Of a stretch of DNA of 64,000 nucleotides, positions 46,525 through 57,800 are shown piece after piece. The stretch covers positions 1,256,619 through 1,320,618 of the forward strand of contig JAKMXF010000111.1 in assembly GCA_024704765.1 (NCBI GenBank). The letters run 5' to 3'. Both the position numbers and the translations under genes were made by a program. Position 1 is the stretch's first letter; the number at the start of each line of letters is the position of its first letter. The notes below the pieces were generated by a model. It was not told where the DNA came from, did no database searches, and was given only the letters and a program-made list of their open reading frames with translations. The DNA comes from Oopsacas minuta. Taxonomy: Eukaryota > Animalia > Porifera.

Positions 46525-46938
46525 ATGCAACGCAAAGAACACCCAATAACGATACGATTAGAGTATCTAGGCGTAGAAGATAAATACACAAGAGAGATGA
46601 TTCTCCTCGTATTTAACGACTTATTCGATGTGAAGATATGGCCAGAGCTGAGACTAATACTCCATCCAGACGAGAGTAAGCCCCCTCTGTTAGCTGGGAG
46701 ACCCTCAGCCGATGGACCAATTACACTGGTCCAACCGAGACCAAGCGAACGTCTTATAAGCCTACAGTCACTCTATTCAGAGCTCTCTCTTATACAGAAA
46801 AAATATTCAGCTAACTCAATTATGGTAGCGTTTGTGGATAGTGACAGTGCTATTGTGTACTACAACCTCAACGCTACAGATGTCCCTTCCAGTTACAAAA
46901 GTTGTCCGAAACAACAGACACTTCCAAATATTGCGTAG
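46525..46938 (+). CDS. TSEN15: tRNA-splicing endonuclease subunit Sen15, 137 aa
   Basis: N-terminal HP, VFNDLFDVKIW and C-terminal IMVAFVDSDSAIVYYNL match the Sen15 family pattern and size. Confidence 0.85.
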   Translation: MQRKEHPITIRLEYLGVEDKYTREMILLVFNDLFDVKIWPELRLILHPDESKPPLLAGRPSADGPITLVQPRPSERLISLQSLYSELSLIQKKYSANSIMVAFVDSDSAIVYYNLNATDVPSSYKSCPKQQTLPNIA

Positions 46939-47073
46939 ATAATCAGGTTATATTCAATTAGCAGTTGAACAAATACTAGAAATTATAATTACATGTATGG
47001 ATAAATTTATAGCTGCATACAAGTAAATATAATAATAAAAATCAGCGTATTACTTTCCTGGACCATCAAAATG

Positions 47074-47730
47074 CTAAATGAAAATACCATCAAGAATGCT
47101 AATAGCAAACTTCTGTAGTCTAAACAGCAGGTATATTCCCCATCCCAATACTCCCAATACATTCAGGAGTAATGGAGCATTTACAACTGAGTAGATATCA
47201 AACTGTACACTTACAGCTTCTACTATTCCCCAAATGAAGAGAGCAATGATGGGGACTGGCAAAAAGTCAAAAGTTTCCACATATGTAAATACGGAATCTT
47301 TGGTATCAAGTCGTCCAATAAAGTACCATACAACTCGAGCAATGAACTCTATAATAGCTAATGAACCTACAACCATTAGTTGTATGTTAGACAGATCATC
47401 TCGGCTACTGCTTAACTGTCCATACACTCCTGTTCCTAAACATGCTATTGGTACCAGCAACATGAACACCAGGATGAATGCTATCACAAAAAAGAATAGG
47501 ATTAGATTCAACCAGTTTAGTGTCTGTTTACTAAAACCTCCTTCAATTCCAAAATCAGCATTAGGACGTGCGTACATGTATTGTGCGAAGTAGTGAATGA
47601 GCACGTGAGTGGAATTGGTAGCAAGGAAGGACTCACAAGCATCTTTTGAATTTAGTCTCTTGTTGAATCTATCCTGGACTCTGAAATAATTGGGATGTTC
47701 TTTTTTGAGTTCATCGATTGAAACTGCCAT
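47074..47730 (-). CDS. Hypothetical multi-pass (about 4 TM) membrane protein, 218 aa
   Basis: Long ATG-initiated ORF with four hydrophobic segments in the C-terminal two thirds; no family recognised. Confidence 0.65.
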   Translation of the reverse strand: MAVSIDELKKEHPNYFRVQDRFNKRLNSKDACESFLATNSTHVLIHYFAQYMYARPNADFGIEGGFSKQTLNWLNLILFFFVIAFILVFMLLVPIACLGTGVYGQLSSSRDDLSNIQLMVVGSLAIIEFIARVVWYFIGRLDTKDSVFTYVETFDFLPVPIIALFIWGIVEAVSVQFDIYSVVNAPLLLNVLGVLGWGIYLLFRLQKFAISILDGIFI

Positions 47731-49011
47731 TATGACTGTAATTACTGTAAAATTTTTGATATATCTTCAATATATAATTATATAGCTTAGATATTAACTG
47801 TGTGGTAAGTATTAGGGAAGAATACATATTGTTATCAATTATTTTAAGAGGATAATTATTTCATCATTCTTTAGGAGATAATTAGGCAGTTTAGATAGCA
47901 GAATTTATAACTTGATGGTAATGTCAGATATTATTTGGAGTTCTTAGAAGTAAATACATACGATTAACTCAACAATATTTCTGAGTTTCTGGAATCAATC
48001 TTAGCTATAAGTAAATTTATCAAAGTTGTGGTGAGATGAATCCCATTATTACTAACCATAACCACGATACAATCTAATAGTTACTAGTTACATCTGATCA
48101 TAGAATGCTATTGCTGGCAATGATATTCAAAAACTAACAAAATACATTTGTTTAATATTTCAAAGAATGTAATAATAACTATAATAATCATTGGTGCGTA
48201 CTAAGGCAAATTCATAGTCATTTTTATACTACATATGATCTCAGCATTAGATTCAGTAACCTGAAAGTCTGCTTTATTATAAAACAATAATAAACAAAGG
48301 ATTTAGGATTAATTAATCTTCTACTTTCGGTATCCATAGTATTTGTAATTTTTACACAATCCAAGACTCGTGCATGAAAGTAAAATTTACATTATTTTAG
48401 GGAGGAATCGAATCGTATTCTTGAATCTCATTTACCTAACAATAAGCGGTTTTTACGAAACGAAAGGGAACTCTAAATTATTATGCGTATGAAGGGTTCA
48501 AGCCTATATAGCTAATTCTCTGGCATGGCAACGGGAGAGAATGTAATCAAATAAACTCTTACTCATACTTGTATTGTTATGACGTCATCGCCCCCTGTTT
48601 ATGAAGTTAGTCAAATTTCTAAGCTGATAATAATAACAATAGCTCTCTGTAACGTCGTTATGAGAATAAATGTAGTCATATATGGAATTATGTAATCAGA
48701 GTGATAAAATAGATCCGAACCTTTGGAATAACACCTGATTTACCTACCATGCATTATTATTCCATTATTGGATTGGTTTCATTTCCGAAAAATTTGTCTC
48801 GTTGTGATTGTTTATATTTTCACGCAAATTTCGAAATAATACTCTACAAAATCAAAATATTATATGAAATTAGAAACAATTGAGCTCGCATCAACAACTC
48901 CAGTAAAAGTAAAGTGAGTATAATCTTGTATAGATAAGATTTAATAATTACTACGTCATCATTATTATATATCATAATTATATCACATACTTTGATAATT
49001 AGCAAAATTAT

Positions 49012-50807
49012 ATGGCTTCAGGTACTCGAGGAAGGAAACAGTTAGGACAGTCGGAACAAGAGATTATAGCTGAACCAGTCAAACAAAAAATTACAGAAAG
49101 TGAGAATCTGTCTGAAGAAGAAAACAAGTATAAAATAGGAGATAAAGTTCTCTGCTATGAACCAGATCCGACTAAAGCAAAGGTTCTATACAATTCGAGA
49201 GTTCTAGACTTACGAGAGAAGGGGAAGAAAAAAGGGATGGAAGACAAGAAACTTCAATACCTAATGCATTTTGTGGGGTGGAGTAACAATTGGGATTGTT
49301 GGGTAGAAGAGAATTCAATCATAGCCGATGATCCTACGGGAAGGGAAATACAGAAACGGGCGAATAGAGTAGCAAACAGATCGTTAAAGAAAGATGAAAT
49401 GTCTAGGAATAGAGGGGTGGTTACAAGAGGGAAGAAGAGGCAGCGAAAATTTCACGATTCAGATGAAGACAGCGATAATGAGCACGTAACCAGCACAAGG
49501 TAAATTTTCAAAATTATCTTAGCAAATATTATACAATATTGAGTATGATTATTCTATTATTTAGCGATTGGTTAATAATTATATAATTTATAAATATTAT
49601 TATGACATTCGAATATATCCCTGGGTGTACACTTATAAAATTAGCATATCAGCTTAGAACACGTATATTACGTTACATTGAATGATCAGTACATTCTGAG
49701 TTGAATTATCCATTCCTCAGTTTTCTATTGAATTAGACAGTGGATAATCTGGTCCTATTCAAATGGGCTATAATACAATTTACCATAAGAGTTTATAAGA
49801 TTATATTATTGCAATAGTATTGCAGTGCATGTAAAGATCTACTTTCATTTGAGGAAGCTAAATATACACAAGTATAATGTGTGTAATATGTCATTTATAT
49901 GTGAAATGCGTAATAAACTATTTCAATTTATAGGTACTCAAGTAAAGACTCAGAAGTCTCAGAGATCTCAGAGAGTGAATGCTCCACTAGCACTTGTACT
50001 GAGCCTTGTCAACCTAAGAGTAAACCACAAGGCAAAGCCTCTCAAATGCCAGAGCACATTATTTTTAACTTACCAGCAGCGCTAAAAGCTGTTTTGATGG
50101 AAGACATGAATCAATACCAACTTGGTCTTCAGTTGAGGCTACCGAGAAGCCCTAATGTAAGGGAAATCTTATTGCTGTACTTACAGCAAAAGATTCAAGA
50201 TTCTCCAGAACAGGAGGGTATTTATGGAGAAATTGTTGACGGAATAAAAATATATTTTGACTTTTTGGTTGGAGATCAGCTCCTGTACGAATCGGAGCTG
50301 CCACAATTCAAACGTTTCTTCCCACAGAGTCGTAACAAACCTCTCTTGATTGCTTGTTCACCTGACTACGTCAAATATGCGCCTATTACGAAAAGTATGT
50401 GAACGTAATTCAAATAAATTATTATTCACATAATTACAAAAAGCCTAAACCAAGGAAATTATGGGAATTTATAATGTATTTCTTTCTATTTAGTTGAATG
50501 CGTAGTGAATAAGGATCGACCTACAAACTCAACTTCTCAAGGAATCTTTCTAAAACCACCAGCTAGCAAACCTCAAAAAGATAAAGATAGTCATATGCTT
50601 CCATCACAAGTATACGGAGTTGAGCATCTGGCTAGATTATTCGTACATCTTCCTGACTTCATGGGCAAGGCAGATATACCTCGTAAACACAATTTACTCA
50701 TAAGTTCACATCTACAAGATCTAATTGACAACATAACATCCAACCTCCCTCGTTACCAAGAAACAGCACAGTATGAAGAACCTATTCATCAAAATCAACA
50801 GAAGTGA
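49012..50807 (+). CDS. MSL3: Male-specific lethal 3 homologue (chromo-barrel + MRG domain), 3 exons
   Basis: join(49012..49499,49934..50394,50494..50807), GT-AG and in frame. KVLCYEPDPTKAKVLY and YLMHFVGWSNNWDCW are MSL3-type chromo-barrel motifs; YFDF..GDQLLYESE and PSQVYGVEHLARLFV are MRG motifs. Confidence 0.88.
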
Positions 50808-51015
50808 GATATGCTATGAAGAATATTTTAATCTATTCTAATTCATGCCTATACACTTAGAAATTTTATACGTCAATTTCAATCAAATGTGAGTAATTAT
50901 TGACAAATATTAACACAACACACGCATACGAATCGATGCAGTTAGTTAATTCAATAATTTATTACCAGAAATACATTTAAAAGTATATAACCAGTATGTA
51001 AATTCCTGGAACTAA

Positions 51016-52149
51016 TCACACCGACTTGACATCATCTTTACCAATCAGGGGGACAAGCAACTCGTCACTGGAGATTGATACTTGGATGTCCTCATGCTCA
51101 GCACTGTCCGGTCTGCCCCCCTCCCTCACATTTAGTGTTGTTATCGTTGATGTTGTTGATGTTGTGGTCGTTACAGTCTCTTCTTGATTGGTCTCTAACA
51201 TTTCCGGTGCGGTATCTTCAGATGTATCCTCGTGCTCTCCTTTGAGGATATCAAACTTACACAATGGACATGTGTGTTTCTTATACAACCACTTATCAAC
51301 ACAATCCTTATGGAACGGGTGTGTACAGGGAAGAGTCCGTATAACATCTCCACTCATAAACTCATCCAAACAGACACTGCAGGAGTCATGCAGTCCGTCT
51401 ACACTAGTAGTATCCCCTACACTGTATCTACTACACTTCATCTCATGCAGCTTCCTCTTGACAGCTCGATTTGCCTCTTGTTTCTGCTGGGTACGCTTCC
51501 AAATGTTGAAGCAGCGACACCAGAGCTGGTATATGGTCAGAAAAAGCGCAATCAGTACTACCAATAGTACGATACAAGTTAGCCCGATGAAAATGGAGAA
51601 AGTAATTTGCGAGTACGTATTATATCCATCACTATTGTGTTGTGTGTTGTCAATAGCTGCTAAGGTTAAAACACTCATCAGCTGTAGCATGGCTTGCCCT
51701 GACTTCAAGCTGACTGATACTACTGCAATAGGACTTAAGTAATCAGAACTGCTACCCATTACGAATGGATAACTAGTATCTTCTATGTTATACACTACCA
51801 ACCCCTTAGCATTGTTGTTTACAGCTATTTCAGTCTTAGTTGTGAAGTAACAAGATCCTCTCTCTGCTAGAGCAATGAATCCATTCGGAACTGTAACGTT
51901 AGCCAACCTAGATCTCACTTCACTGTCGTTGCATGACGTACCAATGTAGTAGAATGGCAGAGAGCTGGTGTTGATAAGTGCGCTAAAAGTCGCGTAATAG
52001 CAATCAAAACTATAGGTTTCAACTAACTCCTCATCTGCAGTTTCCATTACACGGATGATTACATCTCCTCTGTAGTCGAAGTAGCTTGAACAGTTCGTGA
52101 TCAAGACACTAGCTGTAATCACCAGCAAGATTAAATGGTATCTTTCCAT
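51016..52149 (-). CDS. PA-TM-RING E3 ubiquitin ligase (Goliath/GRAIL/RNF130-150-like family)
   Basis: Probable start MERYHLILL at 52149. PA domain (IALAERGSCYFTTKTEIAVNNNAKGLVVYN), TM, RING-H2 CSVCLDEF...LPCTHPFHKDCVDKWL...CPLC. Confidence 0.88.
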   Translation of the reverse strand: MERYHLILLVITASVLITNCSSYFDYRGDVIIRVMETADEELVETYSFDCYYATFSALINTSSLPFYYIGTSCNDSEVRSRLANVTVPNGFIALAERGSCYFTTKTEIAVNNNAKGLVVYNIEDTSYPFVMGSSSDYLSPIAVVSVSLKSGQAMLQLMSVLTLAAIDNTQHNSDGYNTYSQITFSIFIGLTCIVLLVVLIALFLTIYQLWCRCFNIWKRTQQKQEANRAVKRKLHEMKCSRYSVGDTTSVDGLHDSCSVCLDEFMSGDVIRTLPCTHPFHKDCVDKWLYKKHTCPLCKFDILKGEHEDTSEDTAPEMLETNQEETVTTTTSTTSTITTLNVREGGRPDSAEHEDIQVSISSDELLVPLIGKDDVKSV

Positions 52150-52571
52150 GTTGTAAATGCTAATAAACACGTAATGCAATATAATTATAATATCGTTGCA
52201 ATATTCTTATATAAATAGTGTCCCTGTGCATACAATGGCTTATGAAGTCGTTGAAATATGATACATGGATTACTAAAGAAAGTGTACTGGCCTTACGATC
52301 TGTATAATTTGATACTTACAGATCATAAAGATATAAATAGCTAGCCATAATTCAATAAGATGTGAGTTCAAACTTGTAAGGAATGGTCATAAGGAAGTAG
52401 AACAGGATATCCAATATGAGATTTGGAAATAAGTAATGAGATATCATAGCCATAGAAATAAGTATTCAAGTAATACATGAAAATTTATTATTCACAAATT
52501 ACATGTGTGAATCAAATATAACCATCTATCTATCACTAATATTCATGCATGGAAAAGTAAGTAGAAAATAT

Positions 52572-54548
52572 TCAAGGGGTATGACTGGAGAATTGCTCAA
52601 TAATATATTTGAAGAGGGGAGTAACTCTCTCATTTATAGCCTTATTCTTCAATAACTGGTTATAATTACATAGACATGTCCACAACTGAGCTACAGTAGT
52701 TCTATTCTCTAAGAGCTGTTGATGTAACTCTATCAGTCTATCTCCCAACTTATCATCTCCAAACGTGAAATACAAAATATCTCTCCTAGTTACAGCTGCT
52801 GACATCAGTTGTATCACTGATTTCAAAGATTTGTCTCCTCCAAACGCACCACAGCCCCAATTACCTGTAGCTACTGCTAGACAGCTGTCAGTGTCAAAGT
52901 CACCTTGAAGGAGACCAGCCAATGCTTTATCAAGTTCTCGTCGTAATGCATAAGGACGGAATTGATCTGAATACTTTCTAACTACAAGAGCATCAATAGC
53001 TGTAACGTATGTCTTACGACGAGCTAATGAATCAATTGGTGTGACGTCATAGTAATTACCAGTCCATTGAAAAGAATCTGAATAACCTGAATAATTAGAG
53101 AATCTCTCTGCCCCTATTATTACTAATGCTTCATGTGGTTGTAAGCATTCTACGAACAACCGGGATATCATCATTTCAGGACACAGCAGAAAATAAATCT
53201 CTTCTTGTACACAACCTCCACTGAGTACTCCTCCTCCTATTATCTTGTTAGCAAAATCTACCTTGAGTGTATTCTCGTTAGCATCTTCAATCCTACCTTT
53301 ATTGTCAATTTTCAAGTTTGTGAGAGTACAATCCTTGAGAGACCATTCGTAAGGCTGTTCTAATTGTTGTCTGCGGAATGTAACACATCCAGCAGGTTGA
53401 TCTGATAGCACACGTTTGAAATAATGGAATATACATTTGAGTTTGTTAGCTTTGCATTTGCTTAGAGAAAGAGCATCTTTATCAGATTCGAATTGAGGAG
53501 CTTGATCAGGCGAGAATAGAGTATAGAAATTAATTCCTGGGAAATTAGCATACTCACTGGTAAATCCTGTAGAATTCCGTCTAGGAAATGTACAGAAGAA
53601 TGCATTAGCTAACAAACATGCTATTTGTATCTGTGAGAGTGTTAGGTCTCTCACTTGCTCACATCTGAGTAGAGGGAGGGGAGAAGTTACCAGAGAGGGT
53701 AGGTTTAGTGCCAGGCGTGTCATGCCTGGGATTGTATCCTCAAATATGTGCTTCCTCTCCTCAGCATCTATGTAGTGCTTAAAGAATGTGTGTAGTCCTA
53801 AGAAATTCCATTTGCGTCCAACTTCATTGTTGTAACTAAGAATAGCCTCTTCTAATTCATAACTATCTGATATACGAGACTGTAAAGACTTCTCTATTAC
53901 ACTCCATTTGTTAGTTAGCTGTTTCTTAGCACCTGTAGATCTGCATAATAAATTCTTCACAGAGCAAGGCATTCTAACATGCATTGCAGTCCAGGTGTCC
54001 TGGAAGGCGAGAGGAGTAGGGAGAGGAGCCTTGCCTTCCTCTCTGAACTTAACAAGAATAGTGTGAGGGAGTTTTCTAATGGAATCAGGTAACTGTGCAT
54101 TTGTAGGAGATTCTTTAGCTTCAGGTCTAGAGCTCTTTGGTGGAGTAAATAATACCTCCACTCTTGTAGATGTAGCTGCTTCGGAAGGGGAGAGTTTCTC
54201 TATATCAAGAGGTGTGAAATTTCGAGAGCTCTTCTTATCAGGAGGAGTACTGGAGTTGTTTATATGTTTAGATCTTGTGACTGCAGAATTATCAGGTGAT
54301 TTCCGCTTTCTATTAGTTTGTTTGTTGTGTGTAGGAGTTGATATTTCCTCTGTTTGATCAGAGTCGTGAATTGCGAAATTTATCACAACAGGTTTATCAG
54401 AAGAGTTTAATTCAGGGACAGGGGGTAGTATTTTGTCTAATCCTAATTCTTTAATATCTATAATGTTAGAATGTTTACACACAGCTTTATCTTGAGGTTG
54501 TAGATTCAGAAATTCAGATATATCTGTCTGTATGGATTGACCAGCCAT
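52572..54548 (-). CDS. PARG: Poly(ADP-ribose) glycohydrolase
   Basis: Signature VDFANKIIGGGVLSGGCVQEEIYF, LLANAFFCTFPRRN and ATGNWGCGAFGGD; probable ATG at 54548. Single exon. Confidence 0.95.
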   Translation of the reverse strand: MAGQSIQTDISEFLNLQPQDKAVCKHSNIIDIKELGLDKILPPVPELNSSDKPVVINFAIHDSDQTEEISTPTHNKQTNRKRKSPDNSAVTRSKHINNSSTPPDKKSSRNFTPLDIEKLSPSEAATSTRVEVLFTPPKSSRPEAKESPTNAQLPDSIRKLPHTILVKFREEGKAPLPTPLAFQDTWTAMHVRMPCSVKNLLCRSTGAKKQLTNKWSVIEKSLQSRISDSYELEEAILSYNNEVGRKWNFLGLHTFFKHYIDAEERKHIFEDTIPGMTRLALNLPSLVTSPLPLLRCEQVRDLTLSQIQIACLLANAFFCTFPRRNSTGFTSEYANFPGINFYTLFSPDQAPQFESDKDALSLSKCKANKLKCIFHYFKRVLSDQPAGCVTFRRQQLEQPYEWSLKDCTLTNLKIDNKGRIEDANENTLKVDFANKIIGGGVLSGGCVQEEIYFLLCPEMMISRLFVECLQPHEALVIIGAERFSNYSGYSDSFQWTGNYYDVTPIDSLARRKTYVTAIDALVVRKYSDQFRPYALRRELDKALAGLLQGDFDTDSCLAVATGNWGCGAFGGDKSLKSVIQLMSAAVTRRDILYFTFGDDKLGDRLIELHQQLLENRTTVAQLWTCLCNYNQLLKNKAINERVTPLFKYIIEQFSSHTP

Positions 54549-54854
54549 TGTATGAAAAATATTAATTGTTAACACTTGTCAATCTAATAATACATCTCTT
54601 AGAATTTGATAATTTAAAGAATACATTTTTAAAGTACGAATATAGAGTAATACGTGGTCATGGTGATAAATAATACATTTACAATAAACGTACTGACTAT
54701 TGTACTCGAAATTTTAGAGTTTCGTAGTGGAAGAAATTACTAATTTCTATGATATAAAATATCTCAATACAACAAACGGCCAATGAATAAACTAATAGGA
54801 TAAAACTTTACCAGTTACAATCAACCACTACATCTCACCTACATAGAACTAGCA

Positions 54855-57800
54855 CTAAATTTCTAAGTCCTTGGCTACCATTGTAGCACAAATGTTGTGA
54901 TAAATGTGTTTGTGTTGTTTAAAGAGCTTCAAAGCGATATCTCTACCATTCTCAGCTTTATACAGATTCCTGTACAGAGGTCTAACAAACTTCATACGAC
55001 CTACTTCTGTTAAGAAGCTAGCTACTTGAACATACATCTCTTCCCAATTGGATCTGAGGCATAACCTGAAATTATAATTAGCAAATAAATTCAGATAAAT
55101 GAATACTGATTGATATAGCTTTGATTTTTACAACCTTCAAACAATACTCATAGTACAGTTGAGTGTAACATTGAATATCTGAACCTATAGTTGCCTATAG
55201 ATTGAAATACAGAACAAGGGCAAAATCTATACTGAATATATTAATATTGGAATTATATTGAATGGCTTTCGGAACGAAAATTAATTACTATAATGGGTCT
55301 CGAAGCAGTGCTCCGCGCTCCATCTGCATCCCATCTCATATCCCATACTTAAACAATTCGGAAGCAGTCTGTATTGCTGGACAAGTTCGAACGCTAATTC
55401 TGCGCTAAAGAATAACAAAGGATGTGACTAACTGGTGTTCGGTGAAATTCTTCATGAATTTGTAAGAATATAAAATACGTATTACTTCATAAATGTACTT
55501 CAATGGTTTGTTATAATGGCAGAATAGCGCTAATGATGGACGATTTAACGGAAGCATAACTAATGAATATTTGATAGAAATATCATATGTTTTCTATATG
55601 TAAATTAGCTTACGATAGCCATTTGAATTTTATTTCTGCGTTTTTGGAATCTTCCATATTGTAGAGAGTCTTCATTTTAATCAAGTGAGTTATAGGCAGT
55701 GGAATATCAGCTCTCAGGAGTAGAGATAACAAATCTCGTTTTTGGAGCGGAGAGAGAGACGAGTAGAGTTCAAAACTTGAATCCAGTGTAGCTAGTTCAT
55801 CAGCTGATATATTTATCCACCTATTACTTAGTTCAATACAAGGTTGTTGTAGAGAAGAATCGAAACAAGAGGGAATAATTGAGGGAGCAGGCATACCAGG
55901 AGAGTAGAACCAATTATCCCAATCTAAACTGGAGAAGCAACCTGTTCCTACTTCTTCTGAAAAGAACTCTAAAAAGAATTTTTTGAATAGATCAGTTGTT
56001 ATCAAGCCATCTCCTTTGAACTTATCTATGTAGGCTTTAATGAAGGGATCAAAATTGTCAGGTCCTCCCACCAAGGACTCCAGATGAAAGAGAAAACAAG
56101 AACCTGAGGGAATACAATGGATAATATGTTTAAATTAGCTGAAGGATGAAATTATGTAATCTACTAAAAGAATGATACACAATACACAAGGGATGTATAT
56201 ACTGCTATCTAGAGTGTGTAACTGAGTATTGAAAATATATTGTATTGAAGGGAACAGAATAGAAGGGATGAGGCGAAAAACATTAAGACATAGTGAATAA
56301 TAAATTACAGTAGAACTTAGATAACGACCTACCCCTTCGGGAAAACAAAAATTAATGTGTACAGTCCGAATAGGAATTGTACTATAATTAATAGTAACTT
56401 GGGTATACTCCTTATCAGAGTTCTACTATAGTTTCCAAATCACACTGAAAACATACTATACCTTTCTCATAGGGTACAGATGAGAAGGCATCGTCTGGAT
56501 CTGTGTCTCTAACAGTAGGAACTAGTTTAGTAAACTCATGATCTGATCCAAAGCGTTTGACTGAGTTTAATAGAGAATCATATCCATTGAGAAACTCCAT
56601 ATGTCTCAACTTCTCCGAGTTGAGACGAGAAATAATCTTTCTTTCTAGGAACACAGTGAAGCCTTCATTCAGCCAAAAATGATCCCATGTAGCACATGTG
56701 ACTAAATTACCTGTCCAGCTGTGGGATATCTCATGAATCAGCACTGCAGCTAAAGATCTAAAAACAATAAAGAGTAACAGTAACATCATACCTAGTTTGA
56801 ATGTATCATCGAATTAGCCATTATGGCAATGGCTAAAATATGATAATTATCTTGACTAGGTTAAATACAGGACCGTAATAATTACAGGTGTCACTCTTAG
56901 TCAAATAATGGAAATATAAAAATAATGAAATTTATAAAAGTCAAAACCATGAAAATTTATACATATCCAATTCAAGTTGAATTTTTACAGGAAATTCGTA
57001 ATCTAAAACTTTGGAAATTAAATACTACGGAACTACAAATTTGTAAATATTTGTAAATATTAACTTCATGGCCAATACACGCAATTATTAAGTATAAAGG
57101 AATTAAAACACAATAGAATAATGTACTAATAAATCATGAGAATCCAACTAACCTATCCCCAGCTAACAGAGTAGGAGTAACAAATATGAGACAAGGATGT
57201 TCCATACCTCCGTAAGGGTAACTGGGAGGTAGCACAAGTAAATCGCATGAACCCCAAATGTATGGACCAGCGATTGATTCCCCACACTTAATAAACTCCT
57301 CTATTTCTGAGAATTCATACGCACAAGCATCTAGTAGCTCAGGCTCACTCCAAACTCTAGACCTGAATAATGTATTCATATAATATATTACGTATATTTG
57401 TTAAAGTATTTAATCTACCTCGCTCCAATTTCTCTACAGTGTATATCCCCAATAGCTAATCCTATGAGGTAAGAAGGAATAGGAGTAGGTTGTTCAAACG
57501 AGTATGATACTTTATTCCCCACACCTATAGATTCTCCAGTCAGTCTCCCTTCTTTAATATCTCCTACAGGAATAGCTCCCATCAGAGCAGTCAGTTCAGC
57601 AGGTACTATTAAAGTAGCTCTGTAAGTGAACTTAATGCCAGGAGAGTCCTGACAGGGCAGCAAGGAACGAGCATGAATAGCCTGACACTGAGTAAACACG
57701 AAGGCATGCTTTCCACCTATATGATGACACGATAACCAGATAACCAGATAACCAGATAACCAGTGATAACTCTATAGCAAATGCAAATATCACAGTTAAT

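Noticed and set aside
54855-57699. Five separate peptidase-like ORFs, plus 62975..63385
   Set aside because: They are exons of one LTA4H gene.
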